Positions 1 to 15,000 of a stretch of DNA of 64,000 nucleotides are shown one piece after another. The DNA is from Antedon mediterranea (Eukaryota > Animalia > Echinodermata): positions 13,922,912 through 13,986,911 of the forward strand of contig NC_092675.1 of NCBI RefSeq assembly GCF_964355755.1, read 5' to 3'. Position numbers and translations under genes: made by a program. Numbering within the stretch: position 1 is the stretch's first letter; every line of letters begins with the position of its first letter. Below the pieces are notes generated by a model that was not told the origin of the DNA, searched no databases, and worked only from the letters and a program-made list of their open reading frames with translations.

Positions 1-3000
1 AAAGTGCTTAGAATAGCTTCAAATCACATTTGGAGACGTTTTAGACCATTTTGTGATTTTCGAAAAAACTTGTTAACATAAAAACACGAAAGTGCTCAGA
101 ATAGCTTCAAATCGCATTTGGAAACGTTTTAGACCATTTTGTGATTTTCGAAAAAACTTGTTAACATAAAAACACGAAAGTGCTTAGAATCACATTATAA
201 ACCGTTTTAGACCATTTTGAGCATTTCGATAACAATTTTCACACAAAAACATCAAAGAGCACAAAATAGCTTAATATCGTATTTAAAAATGTTTTAGACC
301 ATTTTGAGCATTTGGATAAAACTTTTTCACACAAAACACCAAAGTGCTTAGAATAGCTTCAAATCGCATTTGGAGACGTTTTAGACCATTTTGTGATTTT
401 TGAAAAAACTTGTTAACATAAAAACACCAAAGTGCTTAGAATAGCTTCAAATCACATTTGGAGATGTTTTTGACCATTTTGTGATTTTTGAAAAAACTTG
501 TTAACATAAAAACACGAAAGTGCTTAGAATAGCTTCAAATCACATTTGGAGACGTTTTAGACCATTTTGTGATTTTTGAAAAAACTTGTTAACATAAAAA
601 CACGAAAGTGCTTAGAATAGCTTCAAATCGCATTTGGAAACGTTTTAGACCATTTTGTGATTTTCGAAAAAGGTTGTTAACATAAAAACATCAAAGTGCT
701 TAAAATCACATTATAAACCGTTTTAGACCATTTTGAACATTTCGATAACACTTTTCACACAAAAACATCAAAGAGCACAAAATAGCTTAATATCGTATTT
801 AAAAACGTTTTAGACCATTTTGAGCATTTCGACAAAACTTTTTCACACAAAACACCAAAGTGCTTAGAATAGCTTCAAATCGCATTTGGAGACGTTTTAG
901 ACCAATTTGTGCATTTCGATGAAACTTGATTACACAAAAACATCAACGTGCTTAAAATCACATTATAAACCGTTTTAGACCATTTTGAGCATTTCGATAA
1001 CACTTTTCACACAAAAACATCAAAGAGCACAAAATAGCTTAATATCGTATTTAAAAACGTTTTAGACCATTTTGAGCATTTAGACAAAACTTTTTCACAC
1101 AAAACACCAAAGTGCTTAGAATAGCTTCAAATCGCATTTGGAGACGTTTTAGACCATTTTGTGCATTTCGATGAAACTTGGTTACACAAAAACATCAAAG
1201 TGCTTAAAATCACATTATAAATCGTTTTAGACCATTTTGAGCATTTCGACAAAACTTTTTCACACAAAATACCAAAGGGCTTAGAATAGCTTCAAATCGC
1301 ATTTGGAGACGTTTTAGACCATTTTGTGATTTTCGAAAAAACTTTTTAACATAAAAACACCAAAGTGCTTAGAATAGCTTCAAATCACATTTGGAGACGT
1401 TTTAGACCATTTTGTGATTTTCGAAAAAACTTGTTAACATAAAAACACGAAAGTGCTTAGAATAGCTTCAAATCGCATTTGGAAACGTTTTAGACCATTT
1501 TGTGATTTTCGAAAAAAATTGTTAACATAAAAACACCAAAGTGCTTAGAATCACATTATAAACCGTTTTAGACCATTTTGAGCATTTCGATAACAATTTT
1601 CACACAAAAACATCAAAGAGCACAAAATAGCTTAATATCGTATTTAAAAATGTTTTAGACCATTTTGAGCATTTAGATAAAACTTTTTCACACAAAACAC
1701 CAAAGTGCTTAGAATAGCTTCAAATCGCATTTGGAGACGTTTTAGACCACTTTGTGATTTTTGAAAAAACTTGTTAACATAAAAACACCAAAGTGCTTAG
1801 AATAGCTTCAAATCACATTTGGAGACGTTTTAGACCATTTTGTGATTTTCGAAAAAACTTGTTAACATAAAAACACGAAAGTGCTTAGAATAGCTTCAAA
1901 TCGCATTTGGAAACGTTTTAGACCATTTTGTGATTTTCGAAAAAACTTGTTAACATAAAAACACGAAAGTGCTTAGAATAGCTTCAAATCGCATTTGGAA
2001 ACGTTTTAGACCATTTTGTGATTTTCGAAAAAAATTATTAACATAAAAACACCAAAGTGTTTAGAATAGCTTCAAATCGCATTTGGAGACGTTTTAGACC
2101 AATTTGTGATTTTCGAAAAAACTTATCAACATAAAAACACCAAAGGGTTTAGAATAGCTTTAAATCGCATTTGGAGACGTTTTAGACCATTTTGTGATTG
2201 TGAAAAAACTTGTTAACATAAAAACACCAAAGTGTTTAGAATAGCTTCAAATCGCATTTGGAGACGTTTTAGACCATTTTGTGATTTTCAAAAAAACTTG
2301 TTAACATAAAAACACGAAAGTGCTTAGAATAGCTTCAAATCGCATTTGGAAACGTTTTAGACCATTTTGTGATTTTTGAAAAAACTTGTTAACATAAAAA
2401 CACCAAAGTGCTTAGAATAGCTTCAAATCACATTTGGAGACGTTTTAGACCATTTTGTGATTTTCGAAAAAACTTGTTAACATAAAAACACCAAAGTGCT
2501 TAGAATAGCGTCAAATCGTATTTGGAGACGTTTTAGACCATTTTGTGATTTTCGAAAAAACTTGTTAACATAAAAACACCAAAGTGCTTAGAATAGCTTC
2601 AAATCGCATTTGGAGACGGTTTAGACCATTTTGTGATTTTGAAAAAACTTGTTAACATAAAAACACCAAAGTGCTTAGAATAGCTTCAAATCGCATTTGG
2701 AGACGTTTTAGACCATTTTGTGATTTTCGAAAAAACTTGTTAACATAAAAACACCAAAGTGCTTAGAATAGCTTCAAATCGTATTTGGAGACGTTTTAGA
2801 CCATTTTGAGATTTTCGAAAAAACTTGGTTACACAAAAACATCAAAGTGCTTAAAATCACATTATAAACCGTTTTAGACCATTTTGAGCATTTCGATAAC
2901 ACTTTTCACACAAAAACATCAAAGAGCACAAAATAGCTTAATATCGTATTTAAAAACGTTTTAGACCATTTAGAGCATTTCGACAAAACTTTTTCACACA

Positions 3001-6000
3001 AAACACCAAAGTGCTTAGAATAGCTTCAAATCGCATTTGGAGACGTTTTAGACCAATTTGTGCATTTCGATGAAACTTGATTACACAAAAACATCAAAGT
3101 GCTTAAAATCACATTATAAACCGTTTTAGACCATTTTGAGCATTTCGATGAAACTTGATTACACAAAAACATCAAAGTGCTTAAAATCACATTATAAACC
3201 GTTTTAGACCATTTTGAGCATTTCGATAACACTTCTCACACAAAAACATCAAAGAGCACAAAATAGCTTAATATCGTATTTAAAAACGTTTTAGACCATT
3301 TTGAGCATTTAGACAAAACTTTTTTACACAAAACACCAAAGTGCTTAGAATAGCGTCAAATCGTATTTGGAGACGTTTTAGACCATTTTGTGATTTTCGA
3401 AAAAACTTGTTAACATAAAAACACCAAAGTGCTTAGAATAGCTTCAAATCGCATTTGGAGACGGTTTAGACCATTTTGTTATTTTGAAAAAACTTGTTAA
3501 CATAAAAACACCAAAGTGCTTAGAATAGCTTCAAATCGCATTTGGAGACGTTTTAGACCATTTTGTGATTTTCGAAAAAACTTGTTAACATAAAAACACC
3601 AAAGTGCTTAGAATAGCTTCAAATCGTATTTGGAGACGTTTTAGACCATTTTGAGATTTTCGAAAAAACTTGGTTACACAAAAACATCAAAGTGCTTAAA
3701 ATCACATTATAAACCGTTTTAGACCATTTTGAGAATTTCGATAACACTTTTCACACAAAAACATCAAAGAGCACAAAATAGCTTAATATCGTATTTAAAA
3801 ACGTTTTAGACCATTTTGAGCATTTCGACAAAACTTTTTCACACAAAACACCAAAGTGCTTAGAATAGCTTCAAATCGCATTTGGAGACGTTTTAGACCA
3901 ATTTGTGCATTTCGATGAAACTTGGTTACACAAAAACATCAAAGTGCTTAAAATCACATTATAAATCGTTTTAGACCATTTTGAGCATTTCGATAACACT
4001 TTTCACACAAAAACATCAAAGAGCACAAAATAGCTTAATATCGTATTTTAAAACGTTTTAGACCATTTTGAGCATTTCGACAAAACTTTTTCACACAAAA
4101 CACCAAAGTGCTTAGAATAGCTTCAAATCGCATTTGGAGACGTTTTAGACCATTTTGTGATTTTCAAAAAAACTTGTTAACATAAAAACACCAAAGTGCT
4201 TAGAATAGCTTCAAATCGCATTTGGAGACATTTTAGACCAATATGTGATTTTCGAAAAAAACTTGTCAACATAAAAACACCAAAGTGTTTAGAATAGCTT
4301 CAAATCGCATTTGGAGACGTTTTAGACCAATTTGTGATTTTCGAAAAAACTTATCAACATAAAAACACTAAAGGGTTTAGAATAGCTTCAAATCGCATTT
4401 TGAGACGTTTTAGACCATTTTGTGATTTTCGAAAAAACTTGTTAACATAAAAACACGAAAGTGCTTACAATAGCTTCAAATCGCATTTGGAAACGTTTTA
4501 TTCCATTTTGTGATTTTCGAAAAAAATTGTTAACATAAAAACACCAAAGTGCTTAGAATCACATTATAAACAGTTTTAGACCATTTTGAGCATTTCGATA
4601 ACAATTTTCACACAAAAACATCAAAGAGCACAAAATAGCTTAATATCGTATTTAAAAATGTTTTAGACCATTTTGAGCATTTAGATAAAACTTTTTCACA
4701 CAAAACACCAAAGTGCTTAGAATAGCTTCAAATCGCATTTGGAGACGTTTTAGACCATTTTGTGATTTTTGAAAAAACTTGTTAACATAAAAACACCAAA
4801 GTGCTTAGAATAGCTTCAAATCGCATTTGGAGACGTTTTAGACCATTTTGTGATTTTTGAAAAAACTTGTTAACATAAAAACACCAAAGTGCTTAGAATA
4901 GCTTCAAATCGCATTTGGAAACGTTTTAGACCATTTTGTGATTTTCGAAAAAAAATTGTTAACATAAAAACACCAAAGTGTTTAGAATAGCTTCAAATCG
5001 CATTTGGAGACGTTTTAGACCAATTTGTGATTTTCGAAAAAACTTATCAACATAAAAACACCAAAGGGTTTAGAATAGCTTCAAATCGCATTTGGAGACG
5101 TTTTAGACCATTTTGTGATTTTCGAAAAAACTTGTTAACATAAAAACACGAAAGTGCTTAGAATAGCTTCAAATCGCATTTGGAAACGTTTTAGACCATT
5201 TTGTGATTTTCGAAAAAACTTGTTAACATAAAAACATGAAAGTGCTTAGAATAGCTTCAAATCGTATTTGGAGACGTTTTAGACCATTTTGTGATTTTCG
5301 AAAAAACTTGTTAACATAAAAACACCAAAGTGCTTAGAATAGCTTCAAATCGCATTTGGAGACGTTTTAGACCATTTTGTGCATTTCGATGAAACTTGGT
5401 TACACAAAAACATCAAAGTGCTTAAAATCACATTATAAACCATTTTAGACCATTTTGAGCATTTCGATAACACTTTTCACACAAAAACATCAAAGAGCAC
5501 AAAATAGCTTAATATCGTATTTAAAAACGTTTTAGACCATTTTGAGCATTTCGACAAAACTTTTTCACACAAAACACCAAAGTGCTTAGAATAGCTTCAA
5601 ATCGCATTTGGAGACGTTTTAGACCATTTTGTGATTTTCGAAAAAACTTGTTAACATAAAAACATCAAAGTGTACAGAATAACTTCAAATCGCATTTGGA
5701 GACCGTTTTAGGCCAATTTGTGATTTTCGAAAAAACTTGTTAACCTAAAAATACCAAAGTGTTTAGAATAGCTTCAAATCGCATTTGGAGACGTTTTAGA
5801 CCATTTTGTGATTTTCGAAAAAACTTGTTAACATAAAAACACCAAAGTGCTTCAAATCGCATTTGGAGACATTTTAGACCAATTTGTGATTTTTGAAAAA
5901 ACTTGTTAACATAAAAACACCAAAGTGCTTACAATAGCTTCAAATCGTATTTGGAGACGTTTTAGACCATTTTGTGATTTTCGAAAAAACTTGTTAACAT

Positions 6001-9000
6001 AAAAACACCAAAGTACTTAGAATAGCTTCAAATCGCATTTGGAGACGTTTTAGACCATTTTATGCATTTCGATGAAACTTGGTTACACAAAAACATCAAA
6101 GTGCTTAAAATCACATTATAATCCGTTTTAGACCATTTTGAGCATTTCGATAACACTTTTCACACAAAAACATCAAAGAGCACAAAATAGCTTAATATCG
6201 TATTTAAAAACGTTTTAGACCATTTTGAGCATTTCGACAAAACTTTTTCACACAAAACACCAAAGTGCTTAGAATAGCTTCAAATCGCATTTGGAGACGT
6301 TTTAGACCATTTTGTGATTTTCGAAAAAAATTGTTAACATAAAAACATCAAAGTGTTCAGAATAGCTTCAAATCGCATTTGGAGACCGTTTTAGGGCAAT
6401 TTGTGATTTTCGAAAAAACTTGTTAACCTAAAAATACCAAAGTGTTTAGAATAGCTTCAAATCGCATTTGGAGACGTTTTAGACCATTTTGTGATTTTCG
6501 AAAAAACTTGTTAACATAAAAACACCAAAGTGCTTAGAATAGCTTCAAATCGCATTTGGAGACATTTTAGACCAATTTGTGATTTTCGAAAAAACTTGTC
6601 AACATAAAAACACCAAAGTGTTTAGAATAGCTTCAAATCGCATTTGGAGACGTTTTAGACCAATTTGTGATTTTCGAAAAAACTTATCAACATAAAAACA
6701 CCAAAGGGTTTAGAATATCTTCAAATCGCATTTGGAGACGTTTTAGACAATTTTGTGATTTTCGAAAAAACTTGTTAACATAAAAACACCAAAGTGCTTA
6801 GAATAGCTTCAAATCGCATTTGGAGACGTTTTAGACCATTTTGAGATTTTCGAAAAAACTTGGTTTCACAAAAACATCAAAGTGCTTAAAATCACATTAT
6901 AAACCGTTTTAGACCATTTTGAGCATTTCGATAACAATTTTCACACAAAAACATCAATGAGCACAAAATAGCTTAATATCGTATTTAAAAATGTTTTAGA
7001 CCATTTTGAGCATTTAGAAAAAAAACTTTTTCACACAAAACACCAAAGTGCTTAGAATAGCTTCAAAACGCATTTGGAGACGTTTTAGACAATTTTGTGA
7101 TTTTCGAAAAAAATTGTTAACATAAAAACACCAAAGTGCTTAGAATAGCTTCAAATCGCATTTGGAGACGTTTTAGACCATTTTGTGATTTTCGAAAAAA
7201 CTTGGTTACACAAAAACATCAAAGTGCTTAAAATCACATTATAAACCGTTTTAGACCATTTTGAGCATTTCGATAACACTTTTCACACAAAAACATCATA
7301 GAGCACAAAATAGCTTAATATCGTATTTAAAAACGTTTTAGACCATTTTGAGCATTTCGACAAAACTTGTTAACATAAAAACACCAAAGTGCTTAGAATG
7401 GCTTCAATCGCATTTGGAGACGCTTTAGACCATTTTGTGATTTTCGAAAAAAATCGTTAACATAAAAACACCAAAGTGCTTAGAATCACATTATAAACCG
7501 TTTTAGACCATTTTGAGCATTTCGATAACAATTTTTACACAAAAACATCAAAGAGCACAAAATAGCTTAATATCGTATTTAAAAATGTTTTAGACCATTT
7601 TGAGCATTTAGAAAAAACTTTTTCACACAAAACACCAAAGTGCTTAGAATAGCTTCAAATCGTATTTGGAGACGTTTTAGACCATTTTGAGATTTTCGAA
7701 AAAACTTGGTTACACAAAAACATCAAAGTGCTTAAAATCACATTATAAACCGTTTTAGACCATTTTGAGCATTTCGATAACACTTTTCACACAAAAACAT
7801 CAAAGAGCACAAAATAGCTTAATATCGTATTTAAAAACGTTTTAGACCATTTTGAGCATTTCGACAAAACTTTTTCACACAAAACACCAAAGTGCTTAGA
7901 ATAGCTTCAAATCGCATTTGGAGACGTTTTAGACCAATTTGTGCATTTCGATGAAACTTGGTTACACAAAAACATCAAAGTGCTTAAAATCACATTATAA
8001 ATCGTTTTAGACCATTTTGAGCATTTCGATAACACTTTTCACACAAAAACATCAAAGAGCACAAGATAGCTTAATATCTTATTTAAAAACGTTTTAGACC
8101 ATTTTGAGCATTTAGACAAAACTTTTTCACACAAAACACCAAAGTGCTTAGAATAGCTTCAAATCGCATTTGGAGACTTTTTAGACAATTTTGTGATTTT
8201 CAAAAAAACTTGTTAACATAAAAACACCAAAGTGCTTAGAATAGCTTCAAATCGCATTTGGAGACATTTAAGACCAATTTGTGATTTTCGAAAAAAACTT
8301 GTCAACATAAAAACACCAAAGTGTTTAGAATAGCTTCAAATCGCATTTGGAGACGTTTTAGACCAATTTGTGATTTTCGAAAAAACTTATCAACATAAAA
8401 ACACCAAAGGGTTTAGAATAGCTTCAAATCGCATTTTGAGACGTTTTAGACCATTTTGTGATTTTCGAAAAAACTTGTTAACATAAAAACACGAAAGTGC
8501 TTAGAATAGCTTCAAATCGCATTTGGAAACGTTTTATTCCATTTTGTGATTTTCGAAAAAAATTGTTAACATAAAAACACCAAAGTGCTTAGAATCACAT
8601 TATAAACCGTTTTAGACCATTTTGAGCATTTCGATAACAATTTTCACACAAAAACATCAAAGAGCACAAAATAGCTTAATATCGTATTTAAAAATGTTTT
8701 AGACCATTTTGAGCATTTAGATAAAACTTTTTCACACAAAACACCAAAGTGCTTAGAATAGCTTCAAATCGCATTTGGAGACGTTTTAGACCATTTTGTG
8801 ATTTTCGACAAAACTTTTTCACACAAAACACCAAAGTGCTTAGAATAGCTTCAAATCGCATTAGGAGACGTTTTAGACCAATTTGTGCATTTCGATGAAA
8901 CTTGGTTACACAAAAACATCAAAGTGCTTAAAATCACATTATAAACCATTTTAGACCATTTTGAGCATTTCGATAACACTTTTCACACAAAAACATCAAA

Positions 9001-12000
9001 GAGCACAAAATAGCTTAATATCGTATTTAAAAACGTTTTAGACCATTTTGAGCATTTCGACAAAACTTTTTCACACAAAACACCAAAGTGCTTAGAATAG
9101 CTTCAAATCGCATTTGGAGACGTTTTAGACCATTTTGTGATTTTCTAAAAAACTTGTAAACATAAAAACACCAAAGTGCTTAGAATAGCTTCAAATCACA
9201 TTTGGAGACGTTTTAGACCATTTTGTGATTTTCGAAAAAACTTGTTAACATAAAAACACGAAAGTGCTTAGAATAGCTTCAAATCGCATTTGGAAACGTT
9301 TTAGACCATTTTGTGATTTTCGAAAAAACTTGTTAACATAAAAACACGAAAGTGCTTAGAATAGCTTCAAATCGCATTTGGAAACGTTTTAGACCATTTT
9401 GTGATTTTCGAAAAAAATTGTTAACATAAAAACACCAAAGTGTTTAGAATAGCTTCAAATCGCATTTGGAGACGTTTTAGACCAATTTGTGATTTTCGAA
9501 AAAACTTATCAACATAAAAACACCAAAGGGTTTAGAATAGGTTCAAATCGCATTTGGAGACGTTTTAGACCATTTTGTGATTTTGAAAAAACTTGTTAAC
9601 ATAAAAACACCAAAGTGCTTAGAATAGCTTCAAATCGCATTTGGAGACGTTTTAGACCATTTTGTGATTTTCGAAAAAACTTGTTAACATAAAAACACCA
9701 AAGTGCTTAGAATAGCTTCAAATCGTATTTGGAGACGTTTTAGACCATTTTGAGATTTTCGAAAAAACTTGGTTACACAAAAACATCAAAGTGCTTAAAA
9801 TCACATTATAAACCGTTTTAGACCATTTTGAGCATTTCGATAACCCTTTTCACACAAAAACATCAAAGAGCACAAAATAGCTTAATATCGTATTTAAAAA
9901 CGTTTTAGACCATTTTGAGCATTTCGACAAAACTTTTTCACACAAAACACCAAAGTGCTTAGAATAGCTTCAAATCGCATTTGGAGACGTTTTAGACCAT
10001 TTTGTGATTTTGAAAAAACTTGTTAACATAAAAACACCAAAGTGCTTAGAATAGCTTCAAATCGCATTTGGAGACGTTTTAGACCATTTTGTGATTTTCG
10101 AAAAAACTTGTTAACATAAAAACACCAAAGTGCTTAGAATAGCTTCAAATCGTATTTGGAGACGTTTTAGACCATTTTGAGATTTTCGAAAAAACTTGGT
10201 TACACGAAAACATCAAAGTGCTTAAAATCACATTATAAACCGTTTTAGACCATTTTGAGCATTTCGGTAACACTTTTCACACAAAAACATCAAAGAGCAC
10301 AAAATAGCTTAATATCGTATTTAAAAACGTTTTAGACCATTTTGAGCATTTAGACAAAACTTTTTCACACAAAACACCAAAGTGCTTAGAATAGCTTCAA
10401 ATCGCATTTGGAGACGTTTTAGACCATTTTGTGCATTTCGATGAAACTTGGTTACACAAAAACATCAAAGTGCTTAAAATCACATTATAAATCGTTTTAG
10501 ACCATTTTGAGCATTTCGACAAAACTTTTTCACACAAAATACCAAAGTACTTAGAATAGCTTCAAATCGCATTTGGAGACGTTTTAGACCATTTTGTGAT
10601 TTTCGAAAAAACTTTTTAACATAAAAACACCAAAGTGCTTAGAATAGCTTCAAATCACATTTGGAGACGTTTTAGACCATAAGTGCTTAGAATCACATTA
10701 TAAACCGTTTTAGACCATTTTGAGCATTTCGATAACAATTTTCACACAAAAACATCAAAGAGCACAAAATAGCTTAATATCGTATTTAAAAATGTTTTAG
10801 ACCATTTTGAGCATTTAGATAAAACTTTTTCACACAAAACACCAAAGTGCTTAGAATAGCTTCAAATCGCATTTGGAGACGTTTTAGACCATTTTGTGAT
10901 TTTTGAAAAAACTTGTTAACATAAAAACACCAAAGTGCTTAGAATAGCTTCAAATCACATTTGGAGACGTTTTAGACCATTTTGTGATTTTCGAAAAAAC
11001 TTGTTAACATAAAAACACGAAAGTGCTTAGAATAGCTTCAAATCGCATTTGGAAACGTTTTAGACCATTTTGTGATTTTCGAAAAAAATTGTTAACATAA
11101 AAACACCAAAGTGTTTAGAATAGCTTCAAATCGCATTTGGAGACGTTTTAGACCAATTTGTGATTTTCGAAAAAACTTATCAACATAAAAACACCAAAGG
11201 GTTTAGAATAGCTTCAAATCGCATTTGGAGACGTTTTAGACCATTTTGTGATTTTCGAAAAAACTTGTTAACATAAAAACACGAAAGTGCTTAGAATAGC
11301 TTCAAATCGCATTTGGAAACGTTTTAGACCATTTTGTGATTTTCGAAAAAACTTGTTAACATAAAAACATGAAAGTGCTTAGAATAGCTTCAAATCGTAT
11401 TTGGAGACGTTTTAGACCATTTTGTGATTTTCGAAAAAAATTGTTAACATAAAAACACCAAAGTGCTTAGAATCACATTATAAACCGTTTTAGACCATTT
11501 TGAGCATTTCGATAACAATTTTCACACAAAAACATCAAAGAGCACAAAATAGCTTAATATCGTATTTAAAAATGTTTTAGACCATTTGGAGCATTTGGAT
11601 AAAACTTTTTCACACAAAACACATAAGTGCTTAGAATAGCTTCAAATCGCATTTGGAGACGTTTTAGACCATTTTGTGATTTTTGAAAAAAATTGTTAAC
11701 ATAAAAACACCAAAGTGCTTAGAATAGCTTCAAATCACATTTGGAGACGTTTTAGACCATTTTGTGATTTTCGAAAAAACTTGTTAACATAAAAACACCA
11801 AAGTGCTTAGAATAGCTTCAAATCGTATTTGGAGACGTTTTAGACCATTTTGAGATTTTCGAAAAAACTTGGTTAAACAAAAACATCAAAGTGCTTAAAA
11901 TCACATTATAAACCGTTTTAGACCATTTTGAGCATTTCGATAACACTTTTCACACAAAAACATCAAAGAGCACAAAATAGCTTAATATCGTATCTAAAAA

Positions 12001-15000
12001 CGTTTTAGACCATTTTGAGCATTTCGACAAAACTTTTTCACACAAAACACCAAAGTGCTTAGAATAGCTTCAAATCGCATTTGGAGACGTTTTAGACCAA
12101 TTTGTGCATTTCGATGAAACTTGATTACACAAAAACATCAAAGTACTTAAAATCACATTATAAACCGTTTTAGACCATTTTGAGCATTTCGATAACACTT
12201 TTCACACAAAAACATCAAAGAGCACAAAATAGCTTAATATCGTATTTAAAAACGTTTTAGACCATTTTGAGCATTTAGAAAAAACTTTTTCACACAAAAC
12301 ACCAAAGTGCTTAGAATAGCTTCAAATCGCATTTGGAGACGTTTTAGACCATTTTGTGCATTTCGATGAAACTTGGTTACACAAAAACATCAAAGTGCTT
12401 AAAATCACATTATAAATCGTTTTAGACCATTTTGAGCATTTCGACAAAACTTTTTCACACAAAATACCAAAGTGCTTAGAATAGCTTCAAATCGCATTTG
12501 GAGACGTTTTAGACCATTTTGTGATTTTCGAAAAAACTTTTTAACATAAAAACACCAAAGTGCTTAGAATAGCTTCAAATCACATTTGGAGACGTTTTAG
12601 ACCATTTTGTTATATTCGAAAAAACTTGTTAACATAAAAACACGAAAGTGCTTAGAATAGCTTCAAATCGCATTTGGAAACGTTTTAGACCATTTTGTGA
12701 TTTTCGAAAAAAAATTGTTAACATAAAAACACCAAAGTGCTTAGAATAGCTTCAAATCGCATTTGGAAACGTTTTAGACCATTTTGTTATTTTCGAAAAA
12801 AATTGTTAACATAAAAACACCAAAGTGCTTAGAATCACATTATAAACCGTTTTAGACCATTTTGAGCATTTCGATAACAATTTTCACACAAAAACATCAA
12901 AGAGCACAAAATAGCTTAATATCGTATTTAAAAATGTTTTAGACCATTTTGAGCATTTAGATAAAACTTTTTCACACAAAACACCAAAGTGCTTAGAATA
13001 GCTTCAAATCGCATTTGGAGACGTTTTAGACCATTTTGTGATTTTTGAAAAAACTTGTTAACATAAAAACACCAAAGTGCTTAGAATAGCTTCAAATCGC
13101 ACTTGGAGACGTTTTAGACCATTTTGTGCATTTCGATGAAACTTGGTTACACAAAAACATCAAAGTGCTTAAAATCACATTATAAATCGTTTTAGACCAT
13201 TTTGAGCATTTCGACAAAACTTTTTCACACAAAATACCAAAGTGCTTAGAATAGCTTCAAATCGCATTTGGAGACGTTTTAGACCATTTTGTGATTTTCG
13301 AAAAAACTTTTTAACATAAAAACACCAAAGTGCTTAGAATAGCTTCAAATCACATTTGGAGACGTTTTAGACCATTTTGTTATATTCGAAAAAACTTGTT
13401 AACATAAAAACACGAAAGTGCTTAGAATAGCTTCAAATCGCATTTGGAAACGTTTTAGACCATTTTGTGATTTTCGAAAAAAATTGTTAACATAAAAACA
13501 CCAAAGTGCTTAGAATAGCTTCAAATCGCATTTGGAAACGTTTTAGACCATTTTGTTATTTTCGAAAAAAATTGTTAACATAAAAACACCAAAGTGCTTA
13601 GAATCACATTATAAACCGTTTTAGACCATTTTGAGCATTTCGATAACAATTTTCACACAAAAACATCAAAGAGCACAAAATAGCTTAATATCGTATTTAA
13701 AAATGTTTTAGACCATTTTGAGCATTTAGATAAAACTTTTTCACACAAAACACCAAAGTGCTTAGAATAGCTTCAAATCGCATTTGGAGACGTTTTAGAC
13801 CATTTTGTGATTTTTGAAAAAACTTGTTAACATAAAAACACCAAAGTGCTTAGAATAGCTTCAAATCACATTTGGAGACGTTTTAGACCATTTTGTGATT
13901 TTCGAAAAAACTTGTTAACATAAAAACACGAAAGTGCTTAGAATAGCTTCAAATCGCATTTGGAAACGTTTTAGACCATTTTGTGATTTTCGAAAAAAAT
14001 TGTTAACATAAAAACACCAAAGTGTTTAGAATAGCTTCAAATCGCATTTGGAGACGTTTTAGACCAATTTGTGATTTTCGAAAAAACTTATCAACATAAA
14101 AACACCAAAGGGTTTAGAATAGCTTCAAATCGCATTTGGAGACGTTTTAGACCATTTTGTGATTTTCGAAAAAACTTGTTAACATAAAAACACGAAAGTG
14201 CTTAGAATAGCTTCAAATCGCATTTGGAAACGTTTTAGACCATTTTGTGATTTTCGAAAAAACTTGTTAACATAAAAACATGAAAGTGCTTAGAATAGCT
14301 TCAAATCGTATTTGGAGACGTTTTAGACCATTTTGTGATTTTCGAAAAAACTTGTTAACATAAAAACACCAAAGTGCTTAGAATAGCTTCAAATCGCATT
14401 TGGAGACGTTTTAGACCATTTTGTGCATTTCGATGAAACTTGGTTACACAAAAACATCAAAGTGCTTAAAATCACATTATAAACCATTTTAGACCATTTT
14501 GAGCATTTCGATAACACTTTTCACACAAAAACATCAAAGAGCACAAAATAGCTTAATATCGTATTTAAAAACGTTTTAGACCATTTTGAGCATTTCGAAA
14601 AAACTTTTTCACACAAAACACCAAAGTGCTTAGAATAGCTTCAAATCGCATTTGGAGACGTTTTAGATCATTTTGTGATTTTCGAAAAAACTTGTTAACA
14701 TAAAAACATCAAAGTGTACAGAATAACTTCAAATCGCATTTGGAGACCGTTTTAGGCCAATTTGTGATTTTCGAAAAAACTTGTTAACCTAAAAATACCA
14801 AAGTGTTTAGAATAGCTTCAAATCGCATTTGGAGACGTTTTAGACCATTTTGTGATTTTCGAAAAAACTTGTTAACATAAAAACACCAAAGTGCTTCAAA
14901 TCGCATTTGGAGACATTTTAGACCAATTTGTGATTTTTGAAAAAACTTGTGAACATAAAAACACCAAAGTGCTTACAATAGCTTCAAATCGTATTTGGAG

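Noticed and set aside
58-75. CENP-B box in the monomer (TTCG....A)
   Set aside because: It lacks the required CGGG half.
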